IMG/VR virus record: IMGVR_UViG_3300044655_001643
From: a virus
DNA length: 64,000 nucleotides
Reading direction: 5' to 3' (one strand)
Positions 17,976 to 28,011 of the stretch are shown here, one piece after another. The notes below the pieces were generated by a model that saw only the letters and a program-made list of their open reading frames with translations, did not search any database and was not told where the DNA came from. Position numbers and translations under genes: made by a program. Numbering within the stretch: the first letter of the stretch is position 1; each line of letters starts with the position of its first letter.

Positions 17976-20864
17976 TTAGAATGTAATTGTTCCTGAACCA
18001 GTCCAAGTATAAGTTTTGAAGCCACCAGAATTAGTGTAAGTTGGTGTTCCTGTAGTTGAATTGGCGTCAGCAAAAGTATCAGCATAACGAATGATTACAA
18101 TTCCTGAACCTCCTGAGCCTCCACCGCCTGGAGTGCCACCATCAACTCGACGGGAACCGCCTCCGCCACCGCCACCAGAATTTGTATTAGCGTTATTAGC
18201 AGAAGTAGTATAGTTGCCCAACACTCCCGAACCATTTCCTCCACCGCCTTGTCCACCGGAACCGCCTCGACCATCATATCCACTAGTGCCTAATCCACCT
18301 GCTCCACCACCACCTGCATATGCAGTGTTCGAGCCGCTAATTGACGAGAATATTCCTATTCCACCATTTCCTCCTGTATACTGAGCAGGAGTTGCACTAC
18401 CATTTACTCCAACAGCGCCAGCGCCACCACCGCCACCCGAACCTTCTTCACCTGAACCAGCGGAACCACCATTTCTGCCTTGTCCAGCTGTACCAAGTCC
18501 AGCAAATGTTGCTCTGTATCCTGAACCACCACCACTACCGCCACTAAATCCATAAGCACCTGTACCACCAACATAAGCACCACCACCGATGCCGCCACCA
18601 CCGCCACCTAAACTTGTAATTGATGCGAAAACTGAACTTGTACCATTAGATCCAAATCCATTTGTTCCACCTGCACCGCCACCAGCGCCTACAGTTACAG
18701 TAATGGGTACACCATTTACGGGTACTATTCTTCCTCTTTGTAAACCGCCAGCACCACCACCACCGCCGCCTGTATAGCCACCTGTAACTGAACCTCCGCC
18801 ACCGCCGCCACCACCGCCGACAACAAGATATTCGACGGACGTAGGTGGTCCAGAAGCACTTGCTGATTTTGGAAATGCAGCAGTTGGTGCAGTAAAGTTA
18901 GATGTATAACGAGCAATTCCTTTAGTGATACGTAGATCGTCGATATAACCATTCAATCCCTGCGTGGTGTTGAATGCGTTAATACCAATCCAAGGTCTTC
19001 CAGAAGCATTGAGATAAGATGTCGAGTCTGTATAAGTAGAACCAGACTGTGTTCCGTTAATAAATAATCTCGTAGAGGTTCCAGAACGACTAACTGCTAC
19101 ATGATACCATGTGCTTGAAGATAAAACAGAAGATGTGATTCTATCCGCACTGTCTACCCATAATCTAATTGTTCCGTCAGAATTTAAGTAGATAAGCGGA
19201 TAATTACCTTGAGTAGAAGCGGGACGTGAATCATAAACACATTGTATCGTATTTACGACATTAAAATAAATCCACATCTCAATCGTAAAATCTCCACCAC
19301 CGAACGCATACAAATCAGTTGCAGTAGGACTGCTTACAAGATAATCTCCCGTCCCATCAAATGCGATACTCGATCCACCAAACTTGCTTTGTGCCGTGCT
19401 TATTTTAGCATCACCTAAAGTTTCAAGAACGTTCTTTGCTGTAGCGTCTGTGATGCCGCCGTTGGTGAAGTTGCAAAGCAGTTGTGTGTTGGTGATTGCG
19501 GTAAGTGGTGCAGTTGGTGGGGTGAAGTTGGCGGTGTAAACGGCTGTGCCTACGACAATCCGGACGCTAGATAGGTAGCCGTTTGTAGAAATAGATTGTG
19601 ATGGCCTACCACCGACAACCATTGATGTTGTGGTTGCAGTTGACAAAGCTGATGATGATGAACCTACTTGTGTTCCATTGTAAAACAATCTTACCGTTGA
19701 TCCAGACCTTGTTCCCGCAATATGTGTCCAAGTCCCTGTTGGTGGAGGTGACACAGCAATAATATCAATAGATGCATCTCCAAGATAAACAGTACCACCA
19801 TTGTTGTTAATATAAAAATTTGAACCAGAAACTAATGCCCAGTTTCCAGAAATTGAATATAGCCAACCTTCAACTGTCCAGTCACCGGTACCGGGAGTAA
19901 AGTTCTGTGAACCAGCTAGAGTAAGCCAATCTCCCGTTCCATCAAAGTATGCACTACCACCAACTGTTGCAGAAGTATATTCGGTTATAGGTGGAAACGG
20001 ACTGAAGGCTTGAACGCTCACATTGCCGTTGCGGGTCAGAGTATAGTTATTGGTACTAGCATCAAAAAAACGATTGCTTCCACATGTCAACAGAACTGTA
20101 TTGGTTACAGCAGTAAGCGGCTCAGTGGATGGAGTAAAGCTGTTACCAGTGTAAAGAACTGAACCCTTCACCAACCGCAAGTTTGAAATATGGCCGTTGA
20201 TGGCATATGTTGATACGCCGCCATTCCAAGTGCCGATATCAAGAAGGTCGGCGTTGTCTGTCGGAATTGTCAAAGACGCAGACGCTTCCAACACTCCGCT
20301 TACATATAGACTTACTGTACCGCTGGAAATTGTCACTGCAATGTGATACCAAACTCCAACAACAGGAACTGTCGTGGAAGAAATCGAGTTCCAAGAACCA
20401 CTGTAAGTGGAAAAGCCGAATCTGCCAGAACCAACTCCCGTATCTGTCAATGAACGACTCAACCACCAACGGCTGTTGCTGCCACAGATAATATCTTGTC
20501 CACTAAGATCAGAAAAATTGACCCACGCCTCTATTGTGTATGACGAGCCAAGAACCCAGTTGCTATTATTCGGCGCAGTAAGGTAACCAGTGGAGCCGTT
20601 AAAATAATTACTCCATCCTGTCTGACTGAATGGACTAAAAGTTCCTTGTGTCGCATTACCATTACGAGTAATACTAAAATTATTCGTTGAAGAATCTACG
20701 AATACATTATTGTTTGAATTATTTGTACCATCGCCAGACAGAAGCAAACTAACATATCCAAAAGGGGAATCTGAAGGTCCTGCTGCGGCAGAACCAAAAC
20801 TCACTCTACGAAATAGACCAAGCCCTCTTGCTGAACCAGCCGCAAACGAACCAATCGCTGGCAT
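17976..20864 (-). CDS. Tail fibre/adhesin with three LamG (ConA-like) domains and Gly-rich C-terminus
   Basis: Three x T(I/V)E.W...W.H.A...G.....R..G motifs; VEYLVVGGGGGGG...GGSGIVIIRY. Confidence 0.8.
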   Translation of the reverse strand: MPAIGSFAAGSARGLGLFRRVSFGSAAAGPSDSPFGYVSLLLSGDGTNNSNNNVFVDSSTNNFSITRNGNATQGTFSPFSQTGWSNYFNGSTGYLTAPNNSNWVLGSSYTIEAWVNFSDLSGQDIICGSNSRWWLSRSLTDTGVGSGRFGFSTYSGSWNSISSTTVPVVGVWYHIAVTISSGTVSLYVSGVLEASASLTIPTDNADLLDIGTWNGGVSTYAINGHISNLRLVKGSVLYTGNSFTPSTEPLTAVTNTVLLTCGSNRFFDASTNNYTLTRNGNVSVQAFSPFPPITEYTSATVGGSAYFDGTGDWLTLAGSQNFTPGTGDWTVEGWLYSISGNWALVSGSNFYINNNGGTVYLGDASIDIIAVSPPPTGTWTHIAGTRSGSTVRLFYNGTQVGSSSSALSTATTTSMVVGGRPSQSISTNGYLSSVRIVVGTAVYTANFTPPTAPLTAITNTQLLCNFTNGGITDATAKNVLETLGDAKISTAQSKFGGSSIAFDGTGDYLVSSPTATDLYAFGGGDFTIEMWIYFNVVNTIQCVYDSRPASTQGNYPLIYLNSDGTIRLWVDSADRITSSVLSSSTWYHVAVSRSGTSTRLFINGTQSGSTYTDSTSYLNASGRPWIGINAFNTTQGLNGYIDDLRITKGIARYTSNFTAPTAAFPKSASASGPPTSVEYLVVGGGGGGGGGSVTGGYTGGGGGGAGGLQRGRIVPVNGVPITVTVGAGGGAGGTNGFGSNGTSSVFASITSLGGGGGGIGGGAYVGGTGAYGFSGGSGGGSGYRATFAGLGTAGQGRNGGSAGSGEEGSGGGGGAGAVGVNGSATPAQYTGGNGGIGIFSSISGSNTAYAGGGGAGGLGTSGYDGRGGSGGQGGGGNGSGVLGNYTTSANNANTNSGGGGGGGSRRVDGGTPGGGGSGGSGIVIIRYADTFADANSTTGTPTYTNSGGFKTYTWTGSGTITF

Positions 20865-20866
20865 TT

Positions 20867-21526
20867 TTATCCTAGAGCAAAAAGAGTATTAGATGTGATA
20901 ACGACATAAGAATTTGATGCAGTTTTGAATATCGAGTAATTGAAAAGATTTATTTCAGAACTCGAAATTGAAACATTCGATGGCTTTGTGTTTCCTGCAT
21001 AATACAATGTTTGTTGCACACCATCGATTGAGAGATTCGCTTCATGACGCACCGTGCCATGTTTGACCGCTATTGCAATTGAAGTTGCACCAATTGAAGC
21101 AATATTGTCAAAAGTTGTACTATTATTTCCACGAATATTGAACGTTACATTGGCCGTTGTGTTCGCATTGAAGAAAAATACACTATTGTTAGATATATCG
21201 ATATTGACATTGCCACCAACAGCGATTGAGTTGATGTTTGCTTCTTCAAGAACTCTTGAGAGAGAAAGAGTAAGATTACTGGAAAGTGTGTTGCTTGAGA
21301 TTGAACCAGCAACGATGTTGTTGGCACGAATTGAATTTGATGTGATGTTATTGCCAGATATAGCACCGGCAGAAAGATTATTACCTGATACGGCACCAGG
21401 ACCTAGTTTTGAACCGATAACTGCTTGATCAGCAAGGTCAACCGATACAATCGTACCATTGGCAATTCCAACGTTTGTGACAGCATTTGCAGAGATGCTG
21501 TCAACGGTAATTTTGTCTAAAGGCAT
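20867..21526 (-). CDS. Virion fibre-like structural protein
   Basis: Late promoter upstream; short GA(I/V)SGNN repeats. Confidence 0.6.
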   Translation of the reverse strand: MPLDKITVDSISANAVTNVGIANGTIVSVDLADQAVIGSKLGPGAVSGNNLSAGAISGNNITSNSIRANNIVAGSISSNTLSSNLTLSLSRVLEEANINSIAVGGNVNIDISNNSVFFFNANTTANVTFNIRGNNSTTFDNIASIGATSIAIAVKHGTVRHEANLSIDGVQQTLYYAGNTKPSNVSISSSEINLFNYSIFKTASNSYVVITSNTLFALG

Positions 21527-21544
21527 AGTAGTCTCCTATTCGCT

Positions 21545-21552
21545 TATTTATA
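21545..21552 (-). promoter_or_regulatory. T4 late promoter TATAAATA
   Basis: Perfect consensus heading the tail-fibre operon. Confidence 0.8.
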
Positions 21553-21570
21553 CGAACAAGAGACTTGACT

Positions 21571-21747
21571 TTATCCTTTGAGAAGTTGCTGGCTTCCTTC
21601 GGTGCGTAAATCTTCTTCAAAATCCTGCATATTCAGCCGAGCCAGTTCAGACCTCAGACTGTCTAGCTGAACTCTGTCAATGTTGGACTCAGCAATCTTA
21701 TCCTCAAGTTCACGTATGCGTTTTCTGATTTGTTCTTTATACGACAT
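21571..21747 (-). CDS. Small coiled-coil protein
   Basis: MSYKEQIRKRIRELE...QQLLKG. Confidence 0.6.
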   Translation of the reverse strand: MSYKEQIRKRIRELEDKIAESNIDRVQLDSLRSELARLNMQDFEEDLRTEGSQQLLKG

Positions 21748-21889
21748 AATCTTTTTCCTGCTTGAGTAAGCGATACAGAGACTTGTCATGATGCTTTTGA
21801 TTCTTCAATTGTTGACTCTCATACTGCTCACGATTTTTGTGGAATTTAGTTTTCTTTGGCTTTTGAAATTTCTTACCGCCAGACAACAT
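21737..21889 (-). CDS. Small basic protein
   Basis: AGGAG RBS; MLSGGKKFQKPKK. Confidence 0.55.
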   Translation of the reverse strand: MLSGGKKFQKPKKTKFHKNREQYESQQLKNQKHHDKSLYRLLKQEKDYVV

Positions 21890-21900
21890 ATTTATTGCTC

Positions 21901-22437
21901 CTAAAAGATAATATCTGCTACACCATATTCTACCAAGTCCTCTGCGGTCAACCAAACATCGGTTTGTCGCAGAAACTTGGATTTGACATCCTTGACTGAC
22001 AGTTTTGAGCAGTCAGAAAGAATCTTTGCCATTTTGTGATGATACCTATCACACTCTTTGGCATAAGCCCGCATATCATGATACTTACCGCCCATTTCAT
22101 CATTGAATTGATGAATCATAATTGTCGTGTTCTTACCAACAGCACGATAACCTTTTTCACCAGCAGCAAATATCACAAATGCAGCACTCATTAGATTGCC
22201 ATATGCAAGTGTACGAACAGGCACACCCACGCCTAGCATTAGATCAGTAAGCCCTATTGCATCACCTAAATTGCCACCTTCAGAGTTGATGTGCAGTGTT
22301 AGTGGCTTCTCAATCTTATTGAATTTGGCATAAAGCAACCAACGTGATGCTGCCTCAATAACTGTTGGCTCAATGCTGCCAGACAAAAAATGAGCATAGT
22401 GTTCAAATTGTATTTCGTTCTCTTTGTTGTCGCTCAT
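21901..22437 (-). CDS. clpP: ClpP-like protease
   Basis: INSEGG, catalytic Ser (MSAA), His (IMIHQ), Asp (TDVWL), GVAD. Confidence 0.85.
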   Translation of the reverse strand: MSDNKENEIQFEHYAHFLSGSIEPTVIEAASRWLLYAKFNKIEKPLTLHINSEGGNLGDAIGLTDLMLGVGVPVRTLAYGNLMSAAFVIFAAGEKGYRAVGKNTTIMIHQFNDEMGGKYHDMRAYAKECDRYHHKMAKILSDCSKLSVKDVKSKFLRQTDVWLTAEDLVEYGVADIIF

Positions 22438-23374
22438 ACCAATTATATGCCGTTCTCAAAATAGATTTCAAGTTGTGTTTGGGTTTGAATTTCAGATATT
22501 CTTTAGCCGAGTCAATATTGGCTACAAGTTTTGATGGGTCGCCTTCTCTTCTTTTGCCAAATTCGTAGTCAATATCAAGTTGAAGTTCAGACTTTGCGGT
22601 GTTGATAACCTGCAAGATAGAATAACCCTTTCCTATTCCTAAATTGAATAGTGTGGGTTGATTGTCGTATTTTGTTTGAAGATAGTTGTCTGCTAACACA
22701 TGAGCATCTGCTACATCGGAAACATGCACAAAATCACGAATACATGTACCATCAGGTGTATTATAATCGTTACCATTTACAATAAACTCCTTTTTATTAT
22801 TTAGACTTTCGAACATTAGCGGAATCAAATGTGTTTCTGGTTCGTGCATCTCACCCATCTCACCATCTGGATCAGCACCAGCAAGATTGAAGAATCTAAA
22901 AATAATATGATTTACTTTTGAATCACGAATGGCACACTCAGCAGCATACTTACTGTTTGCATAAGGATTGTTGTTACCTACTTGAGCTTTCTCAGAGAGT
23001 GTGGTAAGTTGAGGACTATAAAGACCGGCAGTAGAAGAATAAACAATATTCCTAACATTATACATCCTCATAAAATATAATAAATTGCAAGTGCCTCCTA
23101 CATTGACATCCCAAAACACTTCAGGGAATTCAACTGATTCACCAACTTCAATTCGACCTGCAAGATGAAAAACGATATCAGGTGTCCAGTTTACAAAAAC
23201 TCTGGACAAGTCTTGATAAGAACGAATATCACCAGGACAATAAACATCCCAGTAAACATCACTCTGTGGTGTTTTGATATCAAAACAGACTGTGTAATAG
23301 CCTGCTTTCTTTAGTGCTTTTGCTAAATGTGAACCAAGATAACCCGAACCGCCAGTTACCAGTGCTTTTCTCAT
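22403..23374 (-). CDS. galE: UDP-glucose 4-epimerase
   Basis: GGSGYLGSH, YANSK, RFFNLAGA, ETHLIP, TPDGTCIRDFVHV. Confidence 0.9.
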   Translation of the reverse strand: MRKALVTGGSGYLGSHLAKALKKAGYYTVCFDIKTPQSDVYWDVYCPGDIRSYQDLSRVFVNWTPDIVFHLAGRIEVGESVEFPEVFWDVNVGGTCNLLYFMRMYNVRNIVYSSTAGLYSPQLTTLSEKAQVGNNNPYANSKYAAECAIRDSKVNHIIFRFFNLAGADPDGEMGEMHEPETHLIPLMFESLNNKKEFIVNGNDYNTPDGTCIRDFVHVSDVADAHVLADNYLQTKYDNQPTLFNLGIGKGYSILQVINTAKSELQLDIDYEFGKRREGDPSKLVANIDSAKEYLKFKPKHNLKSILRTAYNWYERQQRERNTI

Positions 23375-23865
23375 CTATCTCTTTCAGATAAAATAGGATT
23401 CTTGATTGGCCAAAAGAAGTTGTGCATCGGGTCATTCCACTTGATTGTGAATTGTGACTCACGATCATAAAATTCACTTAGTTTGTAACTGAATACCGCT
23501 TCATCAGACATAACCAAGTGGCCATTACCAAACTTTGGCGGTATCAGCAATTGATGCTTGTTACGATCCGATAGCGTGATAGTGAACCATTGATTGTATT
23601 GTTCATGCTCAGGATCACGATTGATGATGACCATGTGAATGGTGCCATACAAACATGATACCAGTTTGGTCGTTTTATTATCTCCATGAATGCCACGCAG
23701 AGTATGTTTGCGTGATGTGGAAATACTATCTACAACAAACGGATAAGATATCTCATCACGATATTTCGTATCATTGTAAGATTCAAAGTTTGTGCCACGA
23801 AAATCTTCATACACCGTTGGCTTGATTAACCTTACGCCTTCAAGTTCGGTATTTTCAACTATCAT
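23371..23865 (-). CDS. rmlC: dTDP-4-dehydrorhamnose 3,5-epimerase
   Basis: D.RG..FESY, LRGIH, KLVSCLYG, IPPKFGNG, WNDP. Confidence 0.88.
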   Translation of the reverse strand: MIVENTELEGVRLIKPTVYEDFRGTNFESYNDTKYRDEISYPFVVDSISTSRKHTLRGIHGDNKTTKLVSCLYGTIHMVIINRDPEHEQYNQWFTITLSDRNKHQLLIPPKFGNGHLVMSDEAVFSYKLSEFYDRESQFTIKWNDPMHNFFWPIKNPILSERDR

Positions 23866-24620
23866 TATCCACTCACAATCGTTATGCCGGGTCCAACGGT
23901 GTATTCTTCCTTATACTGTTGTTTCCATGGGAAGCCATTTGGATATTGTTTTTCGTTTTCTGCATTGCCCTTTTCAAAGAATTCTGCATTTACAGAGTTT
24001 TCGTTGCCATCTAAACGATAGCACAGTGAATATTCTTTTGAACAAGAGAAGTTTGGAAAGTATTGTTTGAGTGCATTGAAGAATTGACGATCTGCGCCCC
24101 ACTGTCCATACCATGCTCCGCCGAGTTTTCGTGCAATGTCTGCTTTCACCATGAACGATGAAGTGTCAATGTGATACGCATCTTTGTTGAAATAGATTGG
24201 CCATTGACCTAAAGATTCACAGTTATCTTCACAGACAAAGCTACCTTCTTTGTCGTGAACCTTTCTTAGTGAGTATGTCCAATCAACACCCTTTTTGATT
24301 CTCTCCACAAGTTTCTCAACATGATTAGGCTCGAACCAATTATCTTCGTCAAGATAACATATGAGGTCAGCATTGACAAGATAGCCACATGCAGCATATA
24401 CACGATGACCATACCAGCCTTTGCCGATATTTTCTTGCAGACGGATTGTTTTGACTTTTGAAGCACCCTGAAGTTGATTCCAAATTTTGTCGCCATGCTC
24501 TTCCTCACCATCAAGAAAAATATAATGCGTCAAATTTTCATATGTTTGTGCTTCAACAGACTGAATACATTTACTTAGAGTTTTTGCTCCGATTGTTGGA
24601 GTTACTACTGCTACTTTCAT
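23865..24620 (-). CDS. Glycosyltransferase family 2
   Basis: VAVVTPT, SV..QTY, YLDED (DxD-like). Confidence 0.85.
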   Translation of the reverse strand: MKVAVVTPTIGAKTLSKCIQSVEAQTYENLTHYIFLDGEEEHGDKIWNQLQGASKVKTIRLQENIGKGWYGHRVYAACGYLVNADLICYLDEDNWFEPNHVEKLVERIKKGVDWTYSLRKVHDKEGSFVCEDNCESLGQWPIYFNKDAYHIDTSSFMVKADIARKLGGAWYGQWGADRQFFNALKQYFPNFSCSKEYSLCYRLDGNENSVNAEFFEKGNAENEKQYPNGFPWKQQYKEEYTVGPGITIVSG

Positions 24621-24720
24621 TTTTCACCTTTTTACTAAAAATTTTATCCCAGTTGTCATTGAATTTTTCACGTGGTATTTCAATAGGTCTTGGCTTTGAG
24701 CCTTTTCCACCGTCACTCAT
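24571..24720 (-). CDS. Small conserved phage peptide
   Basis: MSDGGKGSKPRP...NWDKIF; GAGG RBS. Confidence 0.5.
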   Translation of the reverse strand: MSDGGKGSKPRPIEIPREKFNDNWDKIFSKKVKNESSSSNSNNRSKNSK

Positions 24721-25153
24721 TCCAGTTCCTCAATATCCAAGATGATGAATTTCTTTTATCACTACCACCTACACCATAGGCAAAATTAATGCCCGGCACA
24801 TTTACTTCTGCATTGTTTGATTCGTTTCTATCACCACCATTTGCAAACCAAATTTGAAAGTTAGACAATACCGGAAGTATTTGAGAATGATGTTCACGCA
24901 CACGATAAAGTAAGTCACATGCTGTGCCATCCGAATCGTCGAACTCCCATACTTCATCAACCCAACGAATTGATCCGAGTATTGCTTTACGTTCACGAAT
25001 GTCCATAAATGGCTTACCTTTTTTACGTGTAAGCCATGCATCAGAGTTTACGCCAACAATGAGTTTGTCACCCATAGCAGATGCATCACGCAACAGTGCA
25101 AGGTGACCCGAATGAATGGGATCAAATCCACCAGAGACAACGACTATTTTCAT
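24713..25153 (-). CDS. Cytidylyltransferase-family nucleotidyltransferase
   Basis: SGGFDPIHSGH, GVNSD.WL.RKKG, ANGGDR, SSS. Confidence 0.88.
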   Translation of the reverse strand: MKIVVVSGGFDPIHSGHLALLRDASAMGDKLIVGVNSDAWLTRKKGKPFMDIRERKAILGSIRWVDEVWEFDDSDGTACDLLYRVREHHSQILPVLSNFQIWFANGGDRNESNNAEVNVPGINFAYGVGGSDKRNSSSWILRNWNE

Positions 25154-25581
25154 ATGACCAAATCAGGAAATGCTTCTTTTACCAAATTAGCAGTTAGTTG
25201 TTTTACTTTGAAATCTTTTTGGAATACTTTGATGAGAATTGCTGCTTCATCTCTATGTAATGATTCTAGCATAACCAAAATCATTTGTGTAGTCTTTTCT
25301 GCGGTAAACTCTGGTGGTCGCAAAGGATGATTTTTGATAAACCGGTACATGCGTGGCATTTCGGTATCAAGATATGCAAAATTCAAACCAGCAGGTTCTT
25401 TTGCTGGCCGATAGATATGCGGCATTATAATATCAAACTCAATTGCAGGATTGAATACTAATTGAAGAAAAAAACGAAAACGTTCATCACCCTCACGGCG
25501 TAGAATGTTTATTCGTTCCTGTTTTGTCGTTGCTTTTTCAAATTCCTCAAATATTTCGGAATATAATTTTTCAGAACTCAT
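25150..25581 (-). CDS. Conserved T4-like hypothetical protein
   Basis: LESLH.DEA, LVKEAFP; follows rnh. Confidence 0.7.
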   Translation of the reverse strand: MSSEKLYSEIFEEFEKATTKQERINILRREGDERFRFFLQLVFNPAIEFDIIMPHIYRPAKEPAGLNFAYLDTEMPRMYRFIKNHPLRPPEFTAEKTTQMILVMLESLHRDEAAILIKVFQKDFKVKQLTANLVKEAFPDLVI

Positions 25582-25589
25582 AATTTCCT

Positions 25590-26438
25590 TTAAAATTCGT
25601 CAATGACTTCAAGTAGATTTTTTAGTTTGTTTGCAATCATATAATTCATGAACTTCTGCTTGTTGTTGCCAGCAGCAGCATCATATGTATCTATGATGCC
25701 TTTTTGAAGAGTTTCTGGAATTTTTGTCAAGTCAATCAACAATTCATTTCGCTTATAATTACGCAACATTTCATCAGTACAAAATTCTTCTGGCTTTTGA
25801 TTGAGCCAGTTGATAATTTTGGCTTCAGTGATAGGCTTTTGACGACCACCTTCAATGAACACATTGTCTTGTGTCAGAATGTTAGGTACGCCATCACCCT
25901 TATCACCACGAATGATCATCTGCTTCAACTGAACTGCCGGAAGCGGTTCGTTGATGAACTTCTTCAATATAGGCGAATACTGTTGCACATTAGGATATTT
26001 CTGTAACTGTGCAAAGTCTTTGTCGGATGATAGAATCATCACTTTTTCACTAGCAGACTTGAGTATCGCCAATGTAGCAATAATATCATCAGCCTCAGCC
26101 GTATCAACATCAATCACTTTGTAAGGTGAGTAATTTTTCAACTCTTCTTTGATTTTATGCAAACATTCAAAGATAGAATTCCAGTCATGCCCAGAAGAAT
26201 CTCTGGCTTTCTTACGGCTGGCTTTGTATTGTGGAAAATACTCACGGCGCCAGTAATTGCGATTATCACATGCAATCACAACTTCTGGTCCGTGTGTTTC
26301 CTTGAACTTTTTGACATATGTTCTTATGACATTCAATATCATATGTCGAACAAGATTTTCTTCAACCGGTTTTTTAGATGAACCGATCTGCTCCATAAGT
26401 GACGATATCGCCACTTGATTGTAATCAAAGATTATCAT
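25590..26438 (-). CDS. rnh: T4-type RNase H (5'-3' exonuclease)
   Basis: WRR..FP.YKA.R, EADDII, SSDKDF.QL, GDKGDGVPN. Confidence 0.95.
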   Translation of the reverse strand: MIIFDYNQVAISSLMEQIGSSKKPVEENLVRHMILNVIRTYVKKFKETHGPEVVIACDNRNYWRREYFPQYKASRKKARDSSGHDWNSIFECLHKIKEELKNYSPYKVIDVDTAEADDIIATLAILKSASEKVMILSSDKDFAQLQKYPNVQQYSPILKKFINEPLPAVQLKQMIIRGDKGDGVPNILTQDNVFIEGGRQKPITEAKIINWLNQKPEEFCTDEMLRNYKRNELLIDLTKIPETLQKGIIDTYDAAAGNNKQKFMNYMIANKLKNLLEVIDEF

Positions 26439-26532
26439 TTTACGTGTTTTCCTAGAATCACACCTTTGAACAAAGTCAAAAGTGCGACTCGTAAATGGAA
26501 TTTAAATTTACGGTAGTAATAACCACGCATGG

Positions 26533-27606
26533 TCATTTAGTCACCCTCAGTAGAATTGTATCAACATTGATTCGTCCTGTCAATGCTTTTTCAGCGGCAC
26601 GAATATCCGTCAAAATATTACGTAACGCTACTTTACCTGCTTTCAATAATTCTGGTAAAGTTACTTCTGGCTTACGAAGTGTTTTGCATACAGATTTGCT
26701 TTCGGCAAAGTTTTGTATCGTAGAGCCTTTGATATTCAAACCTGCCGCATCAAGTGCATGATAAACACCGAGTTTACGTGTTTTTGTATTATACACCCAC
26801 AACGATGATGCACCAATGATTATTTTCGGATCAACCGATACAAGTTTCAATTCAGCAAAGTCTTTTGCATAATTCATCTTACCAACAATCTGTTCAGCAG
26901 ACTTTGCTTTACGTTTACGTGGCTTACGGGTTTTCACCGCTTCACCAGCCAGTTTCATAGCATCAACAATTACTTGGTCGCAATATGCTACCAACTTTTT
27001 CAATTGTACTTTTGTAAAGTTAGAATATGCTTCTTTGACATCATCATCTTTTGTTGTCAAAACATTATCATATTCAACTCGGCGTGTTTTGAAGTGTTCA
27101 ATTACAAATTTAGCATGAGCGCCTTTTGTTTCCATACTTGTCATTGTTGCATAAGGTGAAACATTTGCTTTGAACTCGGTTGTTATCAATTCGTCAATCT
27201 GACCTTCTAGTTCACCAATACATTCACTTGCTTTTCTTTTGATATGATCTTGAATTGATAAGACGTTTGGATTTGCAGTTGTCGGTTTGACAATTGGATT
27301 CGACTGTTTGAGTTTGTCAACCGTTTCATCAAAAAATTTGCTGCTGGAAGCGTCCAGAACGCCGCCGGAGCTAACGATTCTACACAGAAACCCAAATGTA
27401 CTCGAAACGGATTTCAGAGCGTCCAGAGCCGTTATTTTGTATTTCTTTTTTAGAAAGTCGTTGGCGTATTTTGTTGCATCCTTGGCATCACGATTCTGAG
27501 CGTACCAGTTCAGTGCTTGCGTAAGTTGCGATTGTGACAATTCACCCGAAAACTTGGGTTCTTTGTTGTTTGATAAGATTGCTTTTATGTCAATTGACTT
27601 ACCCAT
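26533..27606 (-). CDS. Conserved T4-like hypothetical protein
   Basis: IIGAS.LWVYNTKTRKL..Y, KTLRKP, GRIN.DTILL. Confidence 0.8.
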   Translation of the reverse strand: MGKSIDIKAILSNNKEPKFSGELSQSQLTQALNWYAQNRDAKDATKYANDFLKKKYKITALDALKSVSSTFGFLCRIVSSGGVLDASSSKFFDETVDKLKQSNPIVKPTTANPNVLSIQDHIKRKASECIGELEGQIDELITTEFKANVSPYATMTSMETKGAHAKFVIEHFKTRRVEYDNVLTTKDDDVKEAYSNFTKVQLKKLVAYCDQVIVDAMKLAGEAVKTRKPRKRKAKSAEQIVGKMNYAKDFAELKLVSVDPKIIIGASSLWVYNTKTRKLGVYHALDAAGLNIKGSTIQNFAESKSVCKTLRKPEVTLPELLKAGKVALRNILTDIRAAEKALTGRINVDTILLRVTK

Positions 27607-27640
27607 AATGACTCCTGAGTGTATTTATTCATGAAACTAC

Positions 27641-27670
27641 AGTATAGCATAAATATACCATAATTGTCAA
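27641..27670 (-). promoter_or_regulatory. Sigma70-type promoter overlapping a divergent late-promoter variant
   Basis: TTGACA-18-TATACT (minus); CATAAATA at 27648-27655 (plus). Confidence 0.6.
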
Positions 27671-27787
27671 GTATTGTCTGAGTGGCAATGATTCCCATAC
27701 TAACTGAGTGTTCCTGGCCACAGGGTACCCCGTTCTGTCTCCTAGTATTAGTGCTTTCGTGATTTCAACGTCCAAGGAAACCCTAAT

Positions 27788-28003
27788 ATGTCCGATGATT
27801 CGGAAGATATAAAAAACAAACTGGATAAATTCAAAGCAAAAAAGAAAAAACTTACTGTACCAAAAGAGTTTTTAGACAACGCTAATAGTTACGATGATAA
27901 ATTGGTTGTTGTCAAAATGTTTGCTGAAAAGAATAAACAGAATACAGTCAAGATATTCAAAGATATGCTGAAAGATGCCATAGAGAAAAAAAAGAAAGTA
28001 TAA
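27788..28003 (+). CDS. Hypothetical Lys-rich protein
   Basis: AAGGA RBS. Confidence 0.6.
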   Translation: MSDDSEDIKNKLDKFKAKKKKLTVPKEFLDNANSYDDKLVVVKMFAEKNKQNTVKIFKDMLKDAIEKKKKV

Positions 28004-28011
28004 GCTAAACT

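Noticed and set aside
15555-20864. Fibre repeats as diversity-generating retroelement or DNA tandem repeats
   Set aside because: Repeats are diverged protein domains and Gly codon runs; no reverse transcriptase or near-identical TR/VR pair noticed.
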